This document shows positions 47,925 through 55,370 of a stretch of 64,000 nt of DNA, piece after piece; the stretch's first letter is position 1, and each line of letters starts with the position of its first letter. Below the pieces are notes generated by a model, which searched no databases, was not told the origin of the DNA, and was given only the letters and a program-made list of their open reading frames with translations. Origin of the DNA: Anaerolineae bacterium (lineage in GTDB: Bacteria > Chloroflexota > Anaerolineae > Aggregatilineales > UBA3940); NCBI GenBank assembly GCA_034435015.1, contig DAOTYH010000103.1, positions 741-64,740 of the forward strand. Direction: 5' to 3'. Position numbers and translations under genes: made by a program.

Positions 47925-49154
47925 CTAGTCCTCGAATGCTTTAAAGATCAGAACCGAATTATGACCACCGAAGCCAAAGGCATTGCTCATGGCAACTCGG
48001 ATGGGCATCTCTCTAGCCTGATTGGGCACATAGTCGAGATCGCAGATGGCGTCTGGCTCCTCGTAATTGATTGTGGGCGGCACTACTGAGTTCAAGATAG
48101 CTTGAACACAGAAGACTGCCTCCAATGCACCTGTAGCTCCCATCATATGGCCGGTCATGCTCTTTGTCGAACTAACAGGCACCCGGTAAGCGCGTTTACC
48201 TAGAACGGTCTTGATTGCCTGAGTCTCTGCGGCATCATTGAGAATTGTGCCCGTCCCGTGTGCATTGATGTAGTCAATTTCATCGGCGGTAAGATGGGCA
48301 TCATCTAGAGCACGTTGCATTGCGGCGGCTCCGCCTGCCCCATTCTCAGGGGGTGCAGTGATATGGAAAGCATCCGAGGATGCCCCATAGCCTGCTAGTT
48401 CAGCCAGAATGTTGGCACGGCGGGCACGGGCATGCTCAAGTGTCTCCAGCACTAGAATAGCACTCCCTTCCCCCATAACCAACCCGTCACGGTTAGCGCT
48501 GAAAGGAGAGGGTGTTTGACTGGTGCGGCGGCTGACCGCACCGATGCGTTCAAAAGCTCCGATTCCTAAAGGTGTGATGGCGGCCTCTGAGCCGCCGGCC
48601 AGCATGACGTCCACTACCCCGGCCCGGACAAGTTGAGCCGCGAGACCGATGCCATCTGATGCTGAGGCGCAGGCTGAGGCAACGGAGAAGGCAGGTCCAC
48701 GTAGCTGATGGGCAATACTGACCGCACCTGCTGCACCGTTGCTCATAATCTGAGGGATGCCAAAGGGGCTTAGGCGCCGTGCTCCCTGCTGGTTGAGGAT
48801 GGTGACCTGCTCAATCATCGAGTTAAGGCCGCCTATGGCGCTACTGATCACTACACCAATGCGGTGGGAGTTCTCGTCGGTGACCTCAAGCCCACTGTGT
48901 TGAAGGGCCTCGATTGCCGCACTGTGGGCCAGCCACTCGAACCGATCCTGCCGTCTGACCTCACGGGGATCAAGGATAGTCGTGGGATCAAAGCCCTTAA
49001 CCTCAGCGGCAACCTGTATTGAGAAGTTGGCGGTGTCAAAGAGTGTGATCGGTCCTACCCCTGACTCGCCTTTGATGAGGGCATCCCATGTGGACTGCGC
49101 TGACAAGCCGAGGGGGCTGATAACCCCATACCCTGTTATAACAACGCGGTGCAT
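47925..49154 (-). CDS. fabF: Beta-ketoacyl-ACP synthase II
   Basis: Active-site Cys context SVASACASASDGI, NAHGTGT, GHMMGATG, FGFGGHN. Confidence 0.93.
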   Translation of the reverse strand: MHRVVITGYGVISPLGLSAQSTWDALIKGESGVGPITLFDTANFSIQVAAEVKGFDPTTILDPREVRRQDRFEWLAHSAAIEALQHSGLEVTDENSHRIGVVISSAIGGLNSMIEQVTILNQQGARRLSPFGIPQIMSNGAAGAVSIAHQLRGPAFSVASACASASDGIGLAAQLVRAGVVDVMLAGGSEAAITPLGIGAFERIGAVSRRTSQTPSPFSANRDGLVMGEGSAILVLETLEHARARRANILAELAGYGASSDAFHITAPPENGAGGAAAMQRALDDAHLTADEIDYINAHGTGTILNDAAETQAIKTVLGKRAYRVPVSSTKSMTGHMMGATGALEAVFCVQAILNSVVPPTINYEEPDAICDLDYVPNQAREMPIRVAMSNAFGFGGHNSVLIFKAFED

Positions 49155-49214
49155 GGATTTATGTCCTTCCTCGTGTGAATTGTGCTATGTAGGGAACATT
49201 TCCTCTTGATGTTG

Positions 49215-51083
49215 CTATTGAAGTCCGCTTAGCTTGTCAAGATCAGGTGTTTTACAGCCTGCTCCGGTGATGGACAGAACAATCAGTGCATCTTCTGGAA
49301 ACTGGGCCACTACCTGTTCCAGCGCGGGCCAGACCGTTGCGCTGGTCGGCTCGGCTAATATGCCGCGCCGGGCAAGCTGATGCAAACCTTGTATGATGTC
49401 CGCTTCTTCTACTACTGTGATAGTCCCCTGAGACTTCCGGATTGCGTCAAGGATGGTCTTTGCTCGCGGCGGGCTGGCAACCCGTATTCCCTCGGCCAGT
49501 GTATGCCCTTCGCTCTGGGAGGGGATTGGCCCATTGCTGTTGTGAAAACGAACCCACAGGGGAGCACAGGCCTTAGCTTGTACGCCGATCAACTTTGGAT
49601 GATGGCTGGCTAAACCGGCAGTCAGGAGGTCGGTAAAGCCGCGTGCAAGGCCCAATAACTGGGTGCCGTTGCCTACAGGCAGGATGACAACATCCGGGGC
49701 ACGACGGCCCAACTGCTCCCATATCTCGTAGGCGATGGTCTTGTTCGCCAGTATGACGTATGGATTGTAGACGTGGCTGGCGTAGTAAGAAGTCCCCATC
49801 TCCGAAGCTTGCCTTGCCGCTTGCGATGCCGCACTGCGCGGGCCAGGCACTTTCTCTAAATGAGCGCCGTATAACACGATCTGAGCAAGTTTGATCGGAG
49901 AGGCAGTCTCTGGTACAAAAATGCTGGTTTCGATGCCCGCTTGAGCCGCATAGGCGGCTAAGGCGGCACCGGCATTGCCAGATGAATCCTCATGAACCCT
50001 TTGGATTCCGCGTGCCTTGAGGACGGAGGCCAATAAAGAAGCCCCGCGATCCTTGAACGAGCCTGTCGGATTGAGACTCTCCAACTTGAGCCAGATGGTG
50101 CGTCCCATGAAGTGCGTTTGGATAAGAGGAGTCCAGCCTTCCCCTAGCGAGACAGGTACAATGCCGGGCGGAGTCAACATGGCCTGATAGCGCCAGAGGG
50201 AAGTTACATCGTGCTTGATGGCGTGCTGGTCGAAAGTGGGAGTACAGGTGAACTCAAGAGGTGATCCGCAGTTGCACTCTATTTGGTTAGTGTCAAGGGG
50301 ATAAGTTTGGCCGCAATTTGGACATCCTAGAGTGAAACCGCCCAGTCCAGCTAGTTCGTTGTTCCTACGGACATCCGTTGGGGTAGGGTGGTAGTACCCT
50401 TCAACCCAGAAGCTCCCTTCTGGACCAACTTCTTTTTTCCAGACAGGGACGATCTCTTTCAGTCGGTTGATGCCATAGCGGGTAGCCTCGAAGCACCCAT
50501 CGTCGCGATGCCTGCTGGAGCAAGCCACTATGACAGTTGTATCCCCTACCTGTAGCCTGCCGATGCGTTGCACAATGGCGATGCCCAACACCTTTGGGAA
50601 ACGTTCCCGTATCTCGCTGGCGATCTGATGCAGCATCTTCTCTGCCATGGGCTGGTAGGCTTCGTAGAGCAGATATTCAGTCTCAAACTGGTTAGCGGAG
50701 TTGAAAGTCACCCCTCTGACTGTGCCGTTAAAGAAGCAAACCGCCCCTGTCTCTGGGGTGGTAATCGCGTTAATCAGAGTGCCAAGATCAGGAAGGTTAG
50801 GGGTAATAGCAAAATATTCTGGAAAATCACTCTTGCCGAGGCCGCCGCTGACTGGTGGGAACAGCGCAATCTTATCTCCATCATGAATGGGGTCTTCAGG
50901 GAAAGCGTACTGATCGTTGAGGGCTACCAGTGCGCTGGGCAGAGAGGTCTGTAGGGAAGGAAAGTATTCTGATAGGTGAGCTAAAAGTATGGCAACTGTA
51001 GCCGGCTCAGGCAGTTCAACGCTGATCTGTTCTATGCCTGCCTGCTCACGCAAGGTAGCAAAAAGATGTACAACAACCTGCAT
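49215..51083 (-). CDS. Triple fusion: MoaD-like sulfur carrier, MoaE (molybdopterin synthase catalytic subunit), and threonine-synthase-like PLP enzyme
   Basis: Residues 1-81 are MoaD-like and end in FPPVSGG. Residues ~85-235 are MoaE (AVCFFNGTVRG...VACSSRHRDDGCFEATRYGINRLKEIVPVWKKE). Residues ~245-622 have a CPNCG...CNCG ribbon, LWRYQAML, SLGEGWTPL and NPTGSFKDRGA (PLP lysine). It is one uninterrupted ORF starting 3 nt after the moaC stop. Confidence 0.8.
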   Translation of the reverse strand: MQVVVHLFATLREQAGIEQISVELPEPATVAILLAHLSEYFPSLQTSLPSALVALNDQYAFPEDPIHDGDKIALFPPVSGGLGKSDFPEYFAITPNLPDLGTLINAITTPETGAVCFFNGTVRGVTFNSANQFETEYLLYEAYQPMAEKMLHQIASEIRERFPKVLGIAIVQRIGRLQVGDTTVIVACSSRHRDDGCFEATRYGINRLKEIVPVWKKEVGPEGSFWVEGYYHPTPTDVRRNNELAGLGGFTLGCPNCGQTYPLDTNQIECNCGSPLEFTCTPTFDQHAIKHDVTSLWRYQAMLTPPGIVPVSLGEGWTPLIQTHFMGRTIWLKLESLNPTGSFKDRGASLLASVLKARGIQRVHEDSSGNAGAALAAYAAQAGIETSIFVPETASPIKLAQIVLYGAHLEKVPGPRSAASQAARQASEMGTSYYASHVYNPYVILANKTIAYEIWEQLGRRAPDVVILPVGNGTQLLGLARGFTDLLTAGLASHHPKLIGVQAKACAPLWVRFHNSNGPIPSQSEGHTLAEGIRVASPPRAKTILDAIRKSQGTITVVEEADIIQGLHQLARRGILAEPTSATVWPALEQVVAQFPEDALIVLSITGAGCKTPDLDKLSGLQ

Positions 51084-51086
51084 AGC

Positions 51087-51563
51087 CTATTCTAACACCA
51101 CATCCCCTGACTGACCGCCGCGTTTTTCAACCAGCCGGACAGCCTCAATACGCATACCCCGATCAACCGCTTTAACCATGTCATAAACGGTTAATGCGGC
51201 GACAGATACTGCCGTCAGAGCTTCCATCTCAACACCAGTTTTTCCAACAGTTTGGACACGGGCCTCGATCAGGACACAGGAAGCTTGTTCGTCCAGCGAG
51301 AGGTTTACTTCAATGTGTGTTACCGGCAGAGGATGGCACAGGGGGATCAATTCGGCGGTACGCTTGGCCGCCATAATGCCCGCTATCTGGGCGACAGCAA
51401 GCACATCGCCCTTCTTGACGGCGCTGTTGCGGATCAGAGCCAGTGTTTCGGGCTTCATCGCGACACGACCGCGAGCAACCGCGACCCGTACGGTATCGGG
51501 CTTGCTCCCGACATCAACCATAGTGACGTGTCCTGTCTTGTCCACGTGCGTGAGTTCACCCAC
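51087..51563 (-). CDS. moaC: Cyclic pyranopterin monophosphate synthase accessory protein MoaC
   Basis: [18 protein letters not shown]...IPLCHPLP...[10 protein letters not shown] are canonical MoaC motifs. Confidence 0.9.
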   Translation of the reverse strand: MGELTHVDKTGHVTMVDVGSKPDTVRVAVARGRVAMKPETLALIRNSAVKKGDVLAVAQIAGIMAAKRTAELIPLCHPLPVTHIEVNLSLDEQASCVLIEARVQTVGKTGVEMEALTAVSVAALTVYDMVKAVDRGMRIEAVRLVEKRGGQSGDVVLE

Positions 51564-51743
51564 AGTACGCTCCCTAGAATAACCAACAGCGTGAGGGATT
51601 GTTGAGAGTTTCGAGGATTATAGCCTGTAGGAGGCTTTCAAGACAATCGGGAGTGGCTAACAGGGTGGATATGGAGGGCTAAAATCGCCTGACCCGTTAA
51701 CACCATGTCCGCCTTTTGAGCACTCCCAGACAATCTGCATTCA

Positions 51744-51772
51744 TGCCACATACGACCGGCGCATGGTATAAT
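51744..51772 (+). promoter_or_regulatory. Candidate extended -10 promoter for ftsY (TGCCAC, 17 nt spacer, TGGTATAAT)
   Basis: TATAAT at 51767-51772 is preceded by TGG, with a weak -35 at 51744-51749. It lies inside the track ORF's N-terminal extension, which supports the ftsY start at 51806. Confidence 0.4.
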
Positions 51773-51805
51773 TTACCTTGCTCTGTGCTGGAAAGGCTGG
51801 CTTTG

Positions 51806-52699
51806 ATGCTTCGTGAATCCCTGCAACGTACACGCCAGGCATTCTTTGGGCGGATTGCTAACCTGATCGGGGCAACCGAGCTGAGTGATCAGGTCTGGGA
51901 GGAGGTTGAGGCTCTTCTCATTCAGGCCGATCTGGGGGTAGCGACAGCGCAGGTTGTTACATCTGCTCTGCGCAAGAGAGCGCAGAAAGAAGGAGTGACC
52001 AAGCGCGAGCAGTTGATGGCTGTGCTGAAAGCCGTGTTGCTTTCTATGCTTCCAGAGGGCGGGCCTTCCTCGCTGGAACAACCGCGTCCTCTCACTGTCA
52101 TCCTGATTGTAGGGGTGAACGGCACAGGCAAGACGACAACTATCGCCAAGCTCGCTCAGCAACTCTCCCGTGAGGGACGCAAGGTCATGTTGGCGGCGGC
52201 GGATACATTCCGTGCGGCGGCTGTTGAACAGTTGCAGGTATGGGGTGAGCGATTGGGTGTTCCAGTGGTGGCGGGGCAGGCGGGCGGCGACGCTGGCGCA
52301 GTAGTCTATGATGCCATTCAGGCGGCCTTGGCACGGGGGCGTGATGTATTGCTGGTAGATACCGCAGGGCGGTTGCACACCAAGTATAATCTGATGGAAG
52401 AGTTAAAGAAGGTTTCGCGCGTAGCAGGCAAGAATGTTCAGGGTGCGCCGCATGAAGTGTGGTTGGTGCTTGATGGCACTACGGGGCAGAATGCGCTCTC
52501 TCAGGCCAGCCATTTTAAGGAGGCAGTTGGTGTTACTGGCGTCATTGTGACCAAGCTGGACAGCACGGCACGGGGCGGCATGGTGTTTGCCATTGGCCAC
52601 GAGTTGAACTTGCCAGTGCGATATGTAGGGGTTGGGGAAGGAGTAAATGACTTACTCCCTTTTGATCCCCAGTCTTTTGTGGATAGTCTGTTCGATTGA
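51806..52699 (+). CDS. ftsY: Signal recognition particle receptor FtsY (short, NG-domain-only form)
   Basis: GVNGTGKTTTIAKLA, DTAGRL, TKLD. Start at the ATG at 51806 follows GGAAAGG. Confidence 0.9.
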   Translation: MLRESLQRTRQAFFGRIANLIGATELSDQVWEEVEALLIQADLGVATAQVVTSALRKRAQKEGVTKREQLMAVLKAVLLSMLPEGGPSSLEQPRPLTVILIVGVNGTGKTTTIAKLAQQLSREGRKVMLAAADTFRAAAVEQLQVWGERLGVPVVAGQAGGDAGAVVYDAIQAALARGRDVLLVDTAGRLHTKYNLMEELKKVSRVAGKNVQGAPHEVWLVLDGTTGQNALSQASHFKEAVGVTGVIVTKLDSTARGGMVFAIGHELNLPVRYVGVGEGVNDLLPFDPQSFVDSLFD

Positions 52700-52738
52700 G
52701 TGGATTTAAGAAAAACTTACAGGGGGATTTCTCTTACT

Positions 52739-53819
52739 ATGGATGATCTAATCAGCCGGCTCAGTGACCTGCAGACCCGAGTTGAAGCTCTTATGGAGCG
52801 TCTTTGACATAGCTGATAAGCGCCAGAAGCTGGCTCGTATTGAGGAACAATCTGCACAGCCCGGCTTCTGGGACGATGCTCGTACTGCCCAGCAACTGAT
52901 GCAACAGGCGGCGCGGCTGCGGAATGATATTGAACAGTGGAATAGCTTGTCACAACGGATCGAGGATGCACTTGATCTAGCTCAACTTGAGGACGAGAGC
53001 CTGCGCCCCGATCTGGAAAATGAGACTACTCAGTTGACTCATCTTGTCGAGCGGGCTGAGTTCACCCAGATGCTCTCCGGTGAATATGATCGCGAGGATG
53101 CCATCCTGGCGATCCACATGGGCAATGGGGGGGTAGATGCGATGGATTGGGCGGAGATGCTGGAGAGAATGTATCTCCGCTGGTGTGAGATGCATGGTTA
53201 TCGAACCGAGATCCTTGATCGGAGCGTAGGTGAGGAAGATGGTATCAAAAGCTCGACTATCGCCGTGAGCGGCGAGTGGGCTTATGGTTACCTTCGTGCT
53301 GAGCGGGGCGTCCACCGCTTGGTGCGGTTGTCTCCTTACGACTCTGCCCATCGGCGTCATACCTCTTTTGCTCTAGTTGAGGTGTGGCCAGATGTACAGG
53401 GAGATGTTCAGGTCGAGATTAACCCTGATGATCTAGAGATTGAGACCTACCGATCTAGTGGGGCGGGGGGACAGCATGTTCAAAAGAATGAGACGGCTGT
53501 CCGGATCACTCATAAGCCGACTGGGATCGTAGTGACCTGCCAGAATGAGCGGTCATTGACACAGAACCGCGAGAGCGCCCTGCGTGTTCTGCGGGCACGC
53601 CTGCTAGAACTTGAATACCAGCGTCGGGAAGCGGAGCGGGCGGCCTTGAAGGGTGAACATGTTGACGCCAACTTTGGCAATCAGATACGTTCCTATGTCC
53701 TCCATCCTTATCAGATGGTCAAAGATCATCGGACCGGCTACGAAACAGCTAATACGACAGCCGTGTTGGACGGTCAGATTGATGAGCTAATTGAGGCTTA
53801 CCTGCGCTTGGCCCAATAG
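52739..53819 (+). CDS. prfB: Peptide chain release factor 2, expressed via programmed +1 frameshift
   Basis: Frame 1 runs from the ATG at 52739 and reads [22 protein letters not shown], then TGA at 52805-52807. Frame 2 from 52806 continues [15 protein letters not shown]...[10 protein letters not shown] (GGQ). CTT TGA C is preceded by GGAG at a 3-nt spacing. Confidence 0.9.
52795..52808 (+). promoter_or_regulatory. RF2 autoregulatory +1 frameshift site (internal SD-like GGAG, 3 nt spacer, CTT TGA C)
   Basis: The sequence GGAGCGTCTTTGAC has the same slippery codon, in-frame UGA, following C and SD spacing as the classical E. coli prfB site. Confidence 0.85.
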
Positions 53820-53887
53820 GCAAAGGGTATTTCCTCAAGTGATCTGAGCCTTTCTTTTTTTGCGCAATCAGTCGAGGAGTTGAAGAG

Positions 53888-55147
53888 ATGTCGAAAGATC
53901 CGCATTCGTCTGGAAAGCCCAAGGTAAACGCGCCTCAGGAGCCGAGCAAGGGTTCGCCGCCAAGCGGTGGAGCAACCAAGTATACCCCGCCGGCGCCTCG
54001 CCAGCCCGTTTCTAGACCCCTTTCTCAACCCCCTGTCTCCCCTCCCGCTGGCGTTAACCCGCCGCCAGTAGGGGGGATGGCTTCTACAAATCCGGTTGCT
54101 GAGCGTTTGAGCACTTTGGAATCCGAAATTCAGTCCTTGCAAGGACAGGTCACATTTAGCAATGAAAAGCGGAGCATGACGGAACTTGATCAGGGGATTG
54201 GGAATCTCGCTCAAGCGCTGGCTGAAGTGCGCCAACGTGGTTATCGTTATAAAAGCTTCCTAGAGGGGAAGGTCAACGTGCTGGCCCAGAAATGGGAGGC
54301 GGCTAAGGCCTTAGCCCTAGACGAAATACAGAGGGCTGAACATGACCTCCAATTGCTCTATGGGCAAGTGTCTCAGCGATATAGTGCGGCTGTGCAGGCA
54401 GTGAACAGCCCTTCAGCCGGCACCCAGCTTTCTGCTTTGGAGCAACAGATTGGGCAGTTGCGTACACGCCTGGGGGCGGCCCAAAGTACCATTACGGCGG
54501 CCTATTCCGGAGTGCAACAGGTTTATAGTCAGACAAATGCCCAGGTGAAGGAGGTGCTCTGGTTGCTTGAGCAGGTTGATCAAGCCAGCTTCGATATCTT
54601 AGCGGGCGAGAATCCTGTGCAAGCTGTTAAAGCTAAGTGGTGGCGCGATGGAAAAAATCAGGGGCCAGTGGGTGTCCTCTATCTGACCGATCAGCGACTG
54701 ATCTTTGAACAAAAGGAAGAAAAAGTCACCAAGAAAGTGCTATTTATCGCCGCCGAGAAGGAGACCCTTCAGGAGATGCTATTCCAAGTTCCAATTGGTG
54801 CTGTTGAGGGAGTTAAGTCCAGCAGCAAAGGGTTGTTTGGGCATGAGGATCATCTCGATTTTACGTTTGGGCCGGCGGCTGATTATCCCATTGCTCACTT
54901 TCACATTGATGGGCAGGAAAGTGAGTTCTGGGTTGGGTTGATCAAGAAGGTACAAAATGGCGAGATCAGTAATGAGCGCTACTATGCAACAGGCGAGAGT
55001 GCTGAGGTCGAGGCTCAGGCACTCCAAGAAATATTTGCAAATGCGCCCCAGAAATGTACTGCCTGCGGAGCACCTTTTGATGCACCGATAGCTAAGGGTC
55101 AGCGACAGATTAAGTGCGAATATTGTGGTACATTAATGACTTGGTAG
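53888..55147 (+). CDS. Hypothetical protein: Pro-rich N-terminus, coiled-coil region, GRAM/bacterial-PH-like domain, C-terminal zinc ribbon
   Basis: PPAPRQPVSRPLSQPPVSPPAGVNPPP, then long heptad-like Q/A/L-rich segments. GVLYLTDQRLIFEQKEE is PH/GRAM-like, and CTACG...CEYCG is a zinc ribbon. Confidence 0.5.
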   Translation: MSKDPHSSGKPKVNAPQEPSKGSPPSGGATKYTPPAPRQPVSRPLSQPPVSPPAGVNPPPVGGMASTNPVAERLSTLESEIQSLQGQVTFSNEKRSMTELDQGIGNLAQALAEVRQRGYRYKSFLEGKVNVLAQKWEAAKALALDEIQRAEHDLQLLYGQVSQRYSAAVQAVNSPSAGTQLSALEQQIGQLRTRLGAAQSTITAAYSGVQQVYSQTNAQVKEVLWLLEQVDQASFDILAGENPVQAVKAKWWRDGKNQGPVGVLYLTDQRLIFEQKEEKVTKKVLFIAAEKETLQEMLFQVPIGAVEGVKSSSKGLFGHEDHLDFTFGPAADYPIAHFHIDGQESEFWVGLIKKVQNGEISNERYYATGESAEVEAQALQEIFANAPQKCTACGAPFDAPIAKGQRQIKCEYCGTLMTW

Positions 55148-55184
55148 TGAAGGTAGTGGGCTACAAAGTTCCCGAAAAAAATAA

Positions 55185-55214
55185 TTGACTGTATGGTGAT
55201 TTATGTGCTAAAAT
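55185..55214 (+). promoter_or_regulatory. Candidate strong promoter for rpoC (TTGACT, 18 nt spacer, TGCTAAAAT extended -10)
   Basis: TTGACT at 55185-55190 and TAAAAT at 55209-55214 preceded by TGC. An A-rich tract lies upstream (CGAAAAAAATAA). It would give a ~150-nt leader before rpoC. Confidence 0.5.
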
Positions 55215-55370
55215 TACAGTTTGCGAACAAATAGGAACCGTGGATACTCATAGCGAATGAGGAAGTCAATGAGCTGAGCCAGCGCGCTGGAGAACCGTTC
55301 TCCGAGCGCTGGTTTAGTTTGCCCATGAGGAGAAAGCGGGTAGCCGTTCATTCAGACCGCTGAGAAGGGA

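Noticed and set aside
51564-51715. Possible Moco riboswitch upstream of moaC (minus strand)
   Set aside because: The region is only ~150 nt and is shared with the divergent ftsY promoter. On the minus strand a TTGTCT, 18 nt spacer, TATAAT promoter leaves a leader of only ~45 nt. I could not recognise the multi-stem Moco motif beyond a short AAAGCCUCC-like string. A covariance-model scan (Rfam Moco RNA motif) would settle it.
51716-51805. N-terminal 30 codons of the ftsY track ORF
   Set aside because: They contain a TGGTATAAT extended -10 element. The conserved FtsY N-domain starts at the ATG at 51806 with a GGAAAGG RBS.
53820-53861. Possible terminator after prfB (T-tract TTTCTTTTTTT at 53851-53861)
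   Set aside because: The T-tract is convincing, but the preceding stem is only CTCA/TGAG plus AAAGG/CCTTT with a large asymmetric internal loop. I could not support a stable hairpin by eye.
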